Position numbers and translations under genes: made by a program
The notes under the pieces: generated by a model
The model's input: the letters and a program-made list of their open reading frames with translations, nothing else
What the model was told of the DNA's origin: nothing
Databases searched by the model: none
From: Octopus sinensis
Taxonomy: Eukaryota
Length of the DNA stretch: 64,000 bases
Direction: 5' to 3'
NCBI RefSeq assembly: GCF_006345805.1
Contig: NC_043022.1
Coordinates: 18,662,001-18,726,000, forward strand
Shown: in pieces, positions 11,820 to 24,396 of the stretch
Numbering within the stretch: position 1 is the first letter of the stretch
Layout of the letters: every line of letters begins with the position of its first letter

Positions 11820-14557
11820 TTAATGAAATAACCAATAAGTATTTGTAGCATGACCAATGTCAAAGGTCGCTGCGCACCACATATACAGGCTCAGGCTTGG
11901 CTGTGTGATCAGCAGTTGGCTTCCCAACCACATAGTTCCAGGTTCAGTCCCACTGTGTGGCACCTTGGGCAAGTGTTTTCTATAGCTTTGGACTGACGAA
12001 AGCCTTGGTGGTGGATTTGGTAAATGGAAACTGAAAGAAGCCTGTTATGTAATGGGGACATTATGTGTGTGGGTTGCAGGGACATAAACAAACCAATACC
12101 AGTTGTCAAGCAGTGGTGGGGGACAAACACACATGGATTCACTCAAACGTGTGTATTGTCATCATCAGCATTTAACATCTGTTTTCCATGCAGGCATGGG
12201 TTGGACAGTTTGACAGGACCTGACCAACTGAGGGACCATCTGAGGCTTCATGTCCGTTTTGTCATGGTTTCTGTTGCTGGATGCCCTTCTTAACGCCATA
12301 TATATGTATGTGCGTGTAAGACGGTCTTCTTTCAGTTTCCACCTACCAAATCTATTCACAAGGCTTTGGTCAGCCTAAGGCTAGAGTAGAAGATACTTGC
12401 CCAAGGATGCTATGCAGATGAATGAACCATACTCTTTTACTCTCTTTTACTTGTTTCAGTCATTTGACTGCGACCATGCTGTAGCATGACCTTTAGTCGA
12501 GGAAATCGACCCCAGGACTTATTCTTTGTAAGCCTAGTACTTATTCCATTGCCAAACCGCTAAGTTACAGGGACGTAAACACACCAGCATCGGTTGTCAA
12601 GTGATGTTGGTGGGGGACAAACACAGACTCACAAACATATACACACACATACATATAAATATATACATATATACGATAGGCTTCTTTCAGTTTCCGTCTA
12701 CCAAATCCACTAGGCTATAGTAGAAGACACTTACCCAAGATATCACGCAGTGGGACTGAACCCAGAACCATGTGGCTGGTAAGCAATCTACTTTCCACAC
12801 AGCCAGTGTTGTTAATTTTAATTTTAGGTAATGTTTCGATATTAGTATATGACGTTAATCGTGAGTGTGTTTTGTTCAACTCTGTCGAGCAGAGTCACAT
12901 CATAGGCTGTTGCCGTAAGATTATCTTTTTTTTTTTTTAGATTATCTTTATGGTTTTTAGTAGGGTTTTTAACTGTTTTGATATCAACACTTGTTTTAAT
13001 TTTAATGACGAAGCTGTTAAAGTATCTTGGGGAGGCCTACAAATAAAAAAAAATCTTACTGCTACGCTTCTGTAAACACCTTAGAAATTGGTTATCGTAG
13101 ACAATTTTAGTAGGGAGGATTATCAGAGAAATAAAGCCACGCTATAATAATAATAAATGCCCTGATGCAGTACTAGGCAGTGGCTCTCGTGGCTTCTGAT
13201 CTTAACTGATTGCAAGTGTTATCATGTACATTGTTTTGTCTTGGTATAAAAGATGGGCTACAGCAAATGTTCTGCTCAATACCACAGATTTGCTTGTCAG
13301 TTGTTTGACCTTAACCAGTTGACCATTTCCCTTTGTGGCTGACGATATGTGCATCTCTGATCACAAGCAGAAGTAGTGGGGGAGCATCATAGCCATATGT
13401 TGGGAGGAATTCTTTGGGGTTTGAATAATTCAACTCTGGAGACATGGGTGTGTCATTCAACATCCTTAAACAACCCTTATTCAGGGACCTTTTGAGTGGG
13501 ATGGGTTACTCGACCACAAGAAAATTCTAACTGGGCCCCACTTGCAAGGTCATGTGCTGTTTATCTTGATATCAGATCTCCATGTCGCGCACATATGGTT
13601 GTGATGCATGTACCTGGTGTACCCTTATCAGACGGGTAGTCATAACGGGTATACTTGGCTTTGTATATTTTACCCCAGTGTCACTTTTATGGCATGCACT
13701 GCTCTCTCACTCAATAATAATAATAAGCCTTTCTACTAAAGGCATAAGGCCTGAAATTGTGGAGGAGGGAACTAGTCGATTACATCGACCCCAGTGTTTC
13801 CATTGTATTTAATTTAACGATGAAAGGCAAAGTCGACCCCCAGCGGAATTTGAACTCAGAACGTAAAGACGGACGAAATGCCGCTAAACGTTCTGCCCGG
13901 CGTGCTAACGACTCTGCCAGCTCGCCGCCATTAATGATAATAGTAATAATACTTTCTACCATTGGCAGAAAGACTGAAATTTTCGGAAAGTGGGGCTAGT
14001 CGACTGTATTGACCCCAGTGCTCGACAGGTAATTAATTAGCACACACAGACGTACACGGCATTCTTTCGGTTTAACTCGACAGAATCAAAACACATCACC
14101 GTGGAAGCAAATGACAGTTCGATTCTGTTTCCTGCTTGGAAATTTGCGGATTTTACATACACACGTGAAACAGGTAAGAACAAATATGCAAAGCTTTTTT
14201 TTCTTCAAGTTTAAAACGAGACATTGCTGGCATAATTTCGTCATATCTGTTACTCCACAACCCACGGAAATACCCGAGGTGAAATGTTTTGATTTTGTCG
14301 AGTTATATCGAAAGAATGCCTCTTTTGGCGATCTTTCGTCTCTAGTAGACCTTTCCGTCGATTTCCGTGAAAATCTTCTTTTTTTTTTTACATATGGGCC
14401 TGCGGGAACTTCTGAAGTAATATACATACATAAAAACATACACCGAGTAAAAAATTTCAGTTATCTCTTTCTTTCACACATTACTCTGTCTCTTCACACA
14501 CACTAACAGAAGCACTTCACTTACACAACATACTTTCTGTCTCCCACACCCCATCAA

Positions 14558-14588
<31 letters not shown>

Positions 14589-15552
14589 CATGTACATCAA
14601 TGCTCCCATGCACGGTAACTTCAAAATGCTTAGCGGTATTTCGTCTGTCGTTACGTTCTGAGTTCAAATCCCGCCGAGGTCGACTTTGCCTTTCATCCTT
14701 TCGGGGTCGATAAATTAAGTACCAGTTACGAACTAGGGTCGATGTAATCGACTTAATACCTATGTCTGTCCTTGTTTGTTCCCTCTGTGTTTAGCCCCTT
14801 GTGGGTAATAAAGAAATAGGTAACTTCAAAAGAAGTTCCCTCGTCATACAATTGCTTTCTCTTAGTCTCTTTCGCTCTCATTACTTCAAAAGTTCCCGCA
14901 AGCCCATATGTAAAAAAAAAAAATTTTTTTACGGAAATCGACGGAAAGGTCTACTAGAGACGAAAGATTGCCATGTTTTGATTTTGTCGAGTTATATCGA
15001 AAGAATGCCTCTTTTTCCACTTCGATACGCCAAAGAGAACAAGCACGCAATTGACAAGACAACATGTGCTCACGGAAACTAACGGATATTTTGTTTTCAT
15101 TCGTCTACTGAAAACGAAGCCACGCCTTTTAATCGATTCCAAAGGGATGAAAGGCAAAGTTGACCTCGGCGGAATTTGAACTAAAGACGACTGAAATAGC
15201 TCCAAGCATTTTGTCTGGCGTACTAACGATTCTCCAAGCTTGCTGCCATAAATGATGAAAAATGGTTAAAAGTTTTTTTAATTTTTTTTGTAACTTAGGA
15301 ATATATTTCTATTTACTGACATTTGATAAGTGACTTTTAAACGCTGACATAGGTTTCGAAAGGAAAACTCAAGTCTAATTTTGTTTCTTCACCAGATTGT
15401 TTTTGATCTTATTATAGTGATAATAGGGGTACGCTATAGTTAAAGACCGCTAGGTGTTGTAGGCGTCAGCAGACAGCCTTATCACGTGATCAGGAGGAAA
15501 TGTAGAATAAGTATTTCTACATAACATTAATTTAAGAACGATGCTGTCAGCT

Positions 15553-15626
15553 GGCCGGTTAGCTCAGTTGGTTAGAGCGTCGTGCTAATAACGCGAATGT
15601 CGTGGGTTCGAGCCCCATACTGGCCA
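15553..15626 (+). tRNA. tRNA-Ile (anticodon AAT)
   Basis: 74-nt cloverleaf: acceptor GGCCGGT/ACTGGCC plus discriminator A, D stem GCTC/GAGC, anticodon stem TCGTG/CGCGA with loop CT-AAT-AA, T stem GTGGG/CCCAT with loop TTCGAGC. All stems pair. Confidence 0.95.
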
Positions 15627-15634
15627 ATCCGAAA

Positions 15635-15645
15635 TTTTTTTTTTT
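15635..15645 (+). terminator. Pol III oligo-T terminator of the tRNA-Ile gene
   Basis: T run starting 9 nt after the tRNA 3' end. Confidence 0.8.
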
Positions 15646-16549
15646 ATTTTTCTTTCCATAGTGTTTTGTTGCATACATACGACGGACATATATGTACAGT
15701 TGTGCTTTATTCTCAGATCACTGTCTTGGAAGCGTTCCAGTCGTGACTATCCTGTTTTTTTTTTGTTTGTTTAACAGACAAACGGATTAAGTCGATTACA
15801 TCGACCCCAGTGCGAAGCTGTACTTTTATTTATCGACCCCGAAAGGATGAAAGGCAAAGTCGAAATTCCGCCGAGGTCGACTTTGCCTTTCATCCTTCGG
15901 GGTCAATAAATTAAGTACCAGTTACACACTGGGGTCGATGTAATCGACTTAATCCGTTTGTCTGTCCTTGTTTGTCTTCTCTATGTTTAGCCCCTTGTGG
16001 GCAATAAAGAAATATATATTACAGACAACAGAACTCTAGTTAAACAAACAAACAAAAAAAACAGGATAGTCACGACTGGAACGCTCCAGGACAGTGATCT
16101 GAGGATAACGGGATGATCCACCACCCACTTCGACCTGGTGCTGAATAATGGAAGAGTGGAAGCGGAGGGGTTATTAAAAGGCAGAATCATTAAAATGCCG
16201 GACAAAATGCTTATCGGCATTTCGTCCGTATTTACTTTCTGAGTTCGATGTACGTATGTGTATTCAGTGGACTTGTGCAGAAATTACGGAGTGACTCAAA
16301 GGTCGATAGTTTCGTTCGTTGGCAATAATCCTTATTGGCAGAAGGTCTGAAATTTTGGAGTTGGGGACGGGCTCCTGGATATCGACCCCACCCCCGCCCG
16401 GTGCTTAACTGGTACTTTATTTTATCAACCCGAGAAATGAGAGGCAAAGTCGACCTCAGTGGAACTCGAACTCAGAACGGACGAAACGCCGGTAAGTGTT
16501 TGTTTCTTTTGGCCGTACTAACGATTCTTCCAGCTCGCCACCTTAATTC

Positions 16550-17190
16550 TATATACACACACATACATACCAGTGAACACACACACACATACTCACCACT
16601 GAACACACATACAAACCACCGAACACACATACACATACTCACCACCGAACACATATACGCACAAACACATACTTACAACCGAACACGCATACACACACAC
16701 ACCACCGAACACACATGCACATACTCACCACGGAACACACATGCACATACTCACCACTGAACACATACACACACACACCACTGAACATACACACACACAC
16801 ACACCACTGAATACACATACTCACCACTGAACATACACAGACACACACACCACTGAATACACATACTCACCACTGAACACATACACACCACTGAATACAC
16901 ATACGCATACTCACCACTGAACATACACACACACACACACCACTGAATACACATACTCACCACTGAACACATACACACCACTGAATACACATACGCATAC
17001 TCACCACTGAACATACATACACACACACACACACACACCACTGAACGCATACATACACACACACACACCACTGAACACATACATACACACACACACCACT
17101 GAATACACATACTCACCACTGAACACACATACTCACCACTGAACACACACATACCACTGAACACACATACACATACGCACACATATACAC
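16550..17190. repeat. Minisatellite built on caccactgaa(c/t)acacatact with (CA)n variation
   Basis: The core caccactgaa recurs more than 20 times. Confidence 0.9.
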
Positions 17191-17704
17191 GCTAAACACA
17201 ATTCCTTCTGATTTTGGCAGAAGGCCAGTAATTGTAAGGGCGAGGCACTAATGAATTACATTCACCCCCGCAAACGATGAAAGTCAAAGTCGGATTCGGC
17301 AGAATTCGAACTCAAAACTCAAAACTAATTCCGCCTCAATAATAACAATAACAATAACAATAAAAAATAATATACGTAAATAATCATTAAAAAAACCCGA
17401 AAGAAAAGCGCGGGTTTTATAAACAGCGAAAGGGGAGATCACCCATGACGTTGTATACGACAGCGACATCAGTTCTCTGGTTGGTGATCCAGACGTTGCA
17501 CGCTGATTGACAGCATGACTAAACGACGACATTAACAACAACACAACAACAACAGGTTCGACACTTGCAGCAGAAAATATAATACCACCGCCGTCGTCAT
17601 CATCATCATCATTAACATGAATACCATCACGAAGAAGAACAGCAGCAGCAGCAATAATAAGCGGAGCAGTCAATCAGTCAGTCAAGTAGTTTAAGCTTTG
17701 CTGT

Positions 17705-17737
17705 CAGTTCCACTACCACCGCCACTACAATCACCAT

Positions 17738-17776
<39 letters not shown>

Positions 17777-18130
17777 TACAATCACCATTCACTACTACTA
17801 CCACCACCGTTACAATCACCATCACTACTACTACTACCACCGTTACAATCACCATCACTACTACTACTACCACCGCCACTACAATCACCATCACTACTAC
17901 CACCGCCACTACAATCACCATCACTACTAATATTACTACCGACACTACTACTACTACTACTACACCGCCACTACAATCACCATCACTACTATCACCGCCA
18001 CTACAATCACCATCACTACTACTACCACCGACATTACTACTACTACTACCACCGCCACTACAATCACCATCACTACTACTACCACCACCATTGCTACTAT
18101 TGTCTTCACCATCGCCGCCACCACCACTAA
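17705..18130. repeat. Compound (ACT/ACC)n repeat with the recurring unit ccgccactacaatcaccatcactact
   Basis: Visible directly in the sequence; it explains the Thr/Pro/Leu/Val-rich ORFs. Confidence 0.9.
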
Positions 18131-19551
18131 CAATTTTATAATAATTTTATTATTTACCCCCTCCCTCCCCTATAAGTTAATGCAATCGTCTGTACTACCA
18201 CCACCACCACCACCATCGGAACTGCTACAATCATCCCTCCACCACCACTACCACTCCTTTAATGACCAACGTCCCCAAAGCTAATCTTATTTCTACTTTT
18301 CTTGAGCCCTAGGCCTCTCAAGGCAGGCTACCCAGCAACCACAGTATTCAAAGTGACGGCAGTGACAGCATCCCTCAGGGCCAGCAATTTTAAAGGTAAG
18401 ATGGGGAAAAAAATCGATGACATTGACCCTAGTATGATTTGAACTCAGAAACCAGAACCAGGAGAAATGCTACAAAGCAATTCCCCATCACCACCACCAC
18501 CATCATACATATCTTTTTTTCCTCTCTTTCCTCAATGTTATTTTTGTGTTGTTGGGGGTTTCAATTCTGACCAACGGACCTCACCTTTTTTAACTAGTTA
18601 TTATTATTTTTTTTTTTTGGAAGCACACCGTCGGTTACGACGATGAGGGTTCCGGTTGATCCGAATCAACGGAACAGCCTGCTCGTGAAATTAACGTGTA
18701 AGTGGCTGAGCACTCCACAGACACGTGTACCCTTAACGTAGTTCTCAGGGATATTCAGCGTGACACAGAGAGTGACAAGGCCGGCCCCTTGAAATACAGG
18801 TACAACAGAAACAGGAAGTAAGAGTGAGAGAAAGTTGTGGTGAGAGAGTACAGCAGGGATCACCACCATCCCTTGCCGGAGCCTCGTGGAGCTTTAGGTG
18901 TTTTCGCTCAATAAACACTCACAACGCCCGGTCTGGGAATCGAAATTTAACTAGTTATACTTACTGAACAAAGATAGGTTTTACTTATCTCTGTTTGAAC
19001 GGGCTTCATTCAGTTTCCGTTTACCAAATCCACTCACAAGTCTTTGGTCGGCCCGAGGCTACAGTACAAGACACTTGCCCAAGGTGCCATGCAGTGGGAC
19101 TGAACACGGAACCATGTGATTGGTAAGCAAACTACTTACCACACAGCCACTCCTGCGCCTATATATATGTGTATATATATATATATATACACACACTCAC
19201 ACATGTGTGTATGTGTGTGAGTATGTATAGGTTCAAACCTATCTGACCCAACCTTTGCATTTTGCTCTCCTATAATTTGATTTAATTAATTTATTTACCA
19301 AAGTTTGCCGTAACTATGCATAGTCCTGAGATGAAAGGGGTAAACGTTTTTATTTCTCTTTCTATTTCAGAATTACAACTATTTAGCGGTTTGAGTTTGG
19401 CTGCTCTTTCTAGTGAGTCGAATGTCCTATATGGCCATTCCTTATATTGATGAATGTATATTATATAGTCTTTGACTATTTTTTCTTTCTCACTAGACCA
19501 CTGGTAGCGGAAAATTTTTTCTAGAGTTTTTCAGTACCCTTATATTTATTA

Positions 19552-19585
<34 letters not shown>

Positions 19586-19586
<1 letters not shown>

Positions 19587-22500
19587 ACCGGAAGGCTTCA
19601 TCAGGCCCAGTCAGATTTGGCAGTGTTTCTACGGCTGGATGCCCTTCCTAACGCCAACCACTCCGTGAGTGTAGTGGGTGCTTTTTACGTGCCACCTGCA
19701 CAGGTGCCAGACAAAGCTGGCAACGGACATGAGCGGATGGTGCTTTTACGTGCCAATGGCACGGGGGCCAGGCGAGGCTGGCAACGGACATGAACGGATG
19801 GTGCTTTTACGTGCTACCAGCACGGGGGCCAGGCGAGGCTGGCAATGGACACGAGCAGACGGTGCTTTTACGTGCCATGGGCACAGGGGTGAGGCTAGGC
19901 TGGCAACGGACAAACGATTGGATGGTTTGCTTAACCACAGCTGCAATTTCCACTGATGTTGATTTGGTTTGATTTTGACTGTTCTCACTGGTCTTGCCGG
20001 GTCTTCTCACGCACAGCATACTTCCATAGGTTTCGGTCTTTAGTCATTTCCTTGGTGAGACCTAAAGTTCGAAGGTCGTGCTTCACCACCTCGTCTCAGG
20101 TTTTCCTGGGTCTACCTCTTCCACAGGTTCCCTCAACTGCTAGAGTGTGGCTCTTTTGCACACAACTATCTTCACCCATTCTCTTCACATGCCCATACCA
20201 GCGCAGACGTCTCTCTTGCACACCGCAACTGATGCTTCTTAGGTCCAACTTTTCTCTCAAGGTACTTACACTCTGTCGATTATGAACACTGACATTACAC
20301 ATCCATCGGAGCATACTGGCTTCATTTCTTGCGAGCTTACGCATATCCTTAGCAGTCACAGCCCATGTTTCACTACCATGTAGCATGGCTGTACGTACAC
20401 ATGCATCATACAATCTGCCTTTTACTCTGAACGAGAGGCCTTTTGTCACCAGCAGGGGTAAGAGCTCTCTAAACTTTGCCCAGGCTATTCTTACTCTAGC
20501 AGTTACACTTTCAGCACACCCACCCCTGCTACTGACTTGGTCACCTAGGTAGCGGAACTATCAACTACTTCTAGTTTTTCTCCCTGGAACGTGGTAGACG
20601 TTGGTCTCTGCACATTTTCAGTGTTTATTGCTCCTGAGCATCTGCCACAGACAAAAACTATTTTCCTAGTTAGCCTTCTTTTGACATTGCTACACCTCTT
20701 ATGTGTCCATAGCTTGCACTTGGTGCACCTTATAGAGTTTCTACCTACACCTTTTTTACAGATTGAGCAGGGCCATCTACCTGAAGGCGTTTGTGACTTG
20801 TCTACTTTCCTACTTATTAGGACTTTGGTTTTGGCTAGATTGATTCTGAGGCCCTTCGATTCTAGACCTTGCTTCCTCACCTTGCTTGAATTCCTCCGTT
20901 ATTGCCTAGAGGACTATAATAAATAGGAGGGGACTGAGGACTGAACCTTGGTGGACCCCAACCTCTACCCGGAATTCTTCACTGTACTCGTTGCCAACCC
21001 TCACCTTACTAGCAGCATCTCTGTACATGGCTCGCACAGCTCTAACTAACCATTCATCTATCCCTAGTTTCCTCATTGACCACCAGATAAGGGATCGGGG
21101 GACCCTGTCAAAGGCTTTCTCCATGTCAACAAAAGCCAGGTACAGGGGCTTGTCTTTGGCTAGGTATTTCTCCTGCAGCTGTCTTACCAGGAATTAGCAT
21201 CAGTCAGAGTACTTCTCCCTGGCACGAACCCAAACTGCATCTCATCTAAGCTAATTCTCTCTCTAATTAGTTGGGCTATAAACCCTCTCCGTAACCTTCA
21301 TTACTGATCCCGCAGCTTGATACCCCTGTAGTTATTTGTATCTAGAGCATCACCTTTACCTTTGTAGCAGTTGACTATTATGCTGCTACACCAGTCATTG
21401 GGTATGACTCCTTCGTGTATCACCTGGTTAACTTACGGGTGAGTAGGCTATAGCTGACACTACCAGATATTTTGAGCATCTCTGCAGTAATACCTGATGG
21501 GCTGGGGCTTTCCCTGTTTTCATGCTTGTAATTGCCTTAACTACTAAGGAACTGTCACTCGGATTGCTGGTCCCTCTGTTGGGTCGACATTCGGCAGACT
21601 CTCTTTATCCCATTCATTTTCCTCATTCAGCAACCTTTCATAGTGGCGTCTCCAAACCTCTCTCTTTGCATCCTCATTTAGCGCAAGTGAACCGTCATCC
21701 TTGCGAACACATTTCTCTCCTACCACATCACGATTCTCTCTCACACACTGTCTTGCAACACGAAATACCTCAGGTCTTTCATCATCCCGGTGCAGGACAT
21801 TGGCAAATTTTTTCTCATCTGCTTCCCCACTGGCTAAATACACCTGCCTCCTAGCCTCCCTTCTTGCAGTCTGATAAACTTCCCTGCTACCACCGTTCTT
21901 CCAGTCCTTCCAAGCCTGTTTCTTTTGTCTAATAGCCCTGTCAACAATATTGTTCCACCACCACGTTATTTTTGGGTCTTGAGGGGACTTTGCACCAGCA
22001 AAGATCTGGTCAGTGGCTTTCAGCAGGTTTGTCCCTTAGAAGCGTCCAGTTGTCTTCTACCCCATGTGTAGCTATACCCCCTTCTATTTCGTCAAAGGCT
22101 TCAAGTAACATGTCTCTAAATCTCTGTCCATTTGCAGGGTCTTTAAGCTTCCAGACCCTTCTTCTCCATGTTGGTCGTCTTCTAGTCGCCCTCTTAGTCC
22201 TGATCCTAAAGTCACTAACTACCAGTCTATGTTGTGGGGTACATTCTTCGCCTGGGAAGGTTTTGGCATTTATAAGCAGCCATCTTTCCCTTTTTCTGGC
22301 AAGGATGTAGTCGATTTGGCTAGTATGCCGGCCCGATCGGTAGGTGACCAGGTGGCTTGTCGGTTTCCTGAAGTCATAAGACTATTCGCATCGCAGAACT
22401 CCAGCAGCCTGGTTCCCTCCTCGTTGCGGGAACCATAACCGTAGCCTACATGCACGCCATGGAAGCCTCCAGCACATCGTCCAACATGCCCACTGAAGTC

Positions 22501-23250
22501 ACCAGCCACAAAAAGAAGATCCCTGTCTTTCGTCAATGACGTGGTCTGCAGTAGGGTGTCATAGAAACAGTCTTTCTGTCCATCAGGTAGCCCTGGCTGA
22601 GGGGCATAGGCCAATATAATAGTTGCTAAACTATGATGGAGCACTAATCTAATCTTAAGTATTCTGTCACATACTCTGACTACCTCGATTACCTTATCTA
22701 CCCATTTTTCGTCGATAAGCATGCCCACACCCCCGACCCCATCAGTATTCCCAGTATGTGAGGAACCTAGCAGAACCTCCTCTCCACCTCACTTCTTGAA
22801 TGCAGCATATATCAACACACCTCCGTTCAAGCAATTCAACGATCTCGCCAGATCTGCCTTTCAGTGTGCCAACCCTGAGGGTGTGGGTGGGAGTGGTATT
22901 GGCCCTAGTAGCGTCATGGACCTGAAAGGAAAACTTGCGTTTGGCAGGATTCATAGACAAACAATAAAACTCAAGTTCAAACCGCGTACACAACACTAAA
23001 CATATCTTGCAATGAATGACCACTACCTTTTATGGAAGGAGGTGGGGTGGCATAAGACTGTGAAGTGTATCTTGCAATGAATGACCAACCTTTTATGGTA
23101 GGGGTGGGGGGTGGCGTAAGACTTGAAGTGTACAAGGGAGACAAGGATGAGAAAATTAGGACTTCCTGTACTGGTGGAGGGGGTGGGAAGGGCGGGTGGC
23201 ACCGCGCAGAAAACCGCAGCCATTCCTTTTTGGAGAGAAATAGTTATTAG
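19586..23250 (-). mobile_element. Near full-length decayed RTE-clade LINE
   Basis: APE motifs (DICCIQEVRW, AYAPQ, FVAGDF), RT motifs (EKAFDRVP, GVHQGSVLSPLLF) and an RTE C-terminus (AMLHGSETWA, RRLRWYGHV, RGRPRKT). Stops and frameshifts are present, and the YADD region is deleted near 20880-20890. The 5' boundary is approximate. Confidence 0.92.
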
Positions 23251-23451
23251 TAGGTATAAAATACCTAAATTTGAGAGAGAGATATTTTGCCTATCTTGGG
23301 AGATGCGTGAGCTATATTTATCTTAGCGATAAAGAGCCTATATAAAATTATAATACATTTATTCTATATTTAACGAGGACGTTAAATATTAGGAGCGAGC
23401 TATAGGATTAAATATATATTTAAACACAAGACATGAGACAACGATATAATT

Positions 23452-23551
23452 NNNNNNNNNNNNNNNNNNNNNNNNNNNNNNNNNNNNNNNNNNNNNNNNN
23501 NNNNNNNNNNNNNNNNNNNNNNNNNNNNNNNNNNNNNNNNNNNNNNNNNNN
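23452..23551. other. Assembly gap (100 N)
   Basis: Run of N of placeholder length. Confidence 0.99.
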
Positions 23552-23872
23552 CATAACACACCAGCATCGTTTCAAAGCAATGCTAGGGGACAAACACAGA
23601 CACACAAACATACACGCACACACATATATATGTATAATATATATATATATACGATGGGCTTCTTTCAGTTTCCGTCTACCAAATCTACTCACAAGGCTTT
23701 GGTCGGCTCGAGGCTATAGTAGAAAACACTTGCCCAAGGTGCCATGCAGTAGGACTGAACCGGAACGATGTGGTTGGTAAACAAGCTACTTACCACACAG
23801 CCACTCCTGCATGGTGATAGTGGTGGTAGAGATGACATAGGTGGTGGTGATAACCTAACAAGCACTACCTAC

Positions 23873-23992
23873 CTTACATGCTGGATGACACCACAGCTGT
23901 GGTGCACTGTACTCCGTCTGCAGGACTCGGATCTCTTCCCAATGGAAATCATCCTTCGATTCCATAACCAACAGCCACGCATCATTGAAGAT
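23873..23992 (-). CDS. FBXO42: FBXO42 coding exon 7 (last exon found)
   Basis: ctttgcag|ATCTTC...TGTAAG|gtaggt, 120 nt, phase 0-0. Encodes IFNDAWLLVMESKDDFHWEEIRVLQTEYSAPQLWCHPACK. Confidence 0.95.
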
Positions 23993-24364
23993 CTGCAAAG
24001 AGAATTTGGAAGCACTGAATAAAGACACAGACATTTGCTGGGTGAGGGACGGACGCACAGACACCTTGTAGGGAGAAGGGGGAAATCTGCTCTCACAGTT
24101 CTTTCTAATTTTGGCACAAGGCCAGCAATTTTAAGGAGGGTGGGGTTAGTCAATACCATCAATTGGGTGAGAAGTAGGGAGGGGTGCAAAGACAAACAGA
24201 CACAATGGGCTTCATTTAGTTTCCGACTGTCGTCAAGTACACACATAAGGAGCGGATTTGATAGACAAAAGTATGAAAGGTGAAGTTGATCTCAACAAAA
24301 TTTGAGCTCTGAACACAAGAAGTTAGAAGTGCCACTAAGCACTGTGCCTGATGCGCTCACCACC

Positions 24365-24396
<32 letters not shown>

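Noticed and set aside
16550-17190. Repeat-spacer-like periodicity resembling a CRISPR array
   Set aside because: The intervening sequences are (CA)-rich variants rather than unique spacers, the genome is eukaryotic and there are no cas genes.
17284-17690. 129-aa minus-strand ORF and TATA/CRE-like motifs
   Set aside because: Low-complexity sequence with no similarity to the missing FBXO42 part, and the promoter motifs are too short to support a call.
18313-18395. Apparent plus-strand exon (ag...AAAG|gtaag) with one open frame
   Set aside because: Its 3' end merges into a degenerate SINE-B segment and it has no partner exons.
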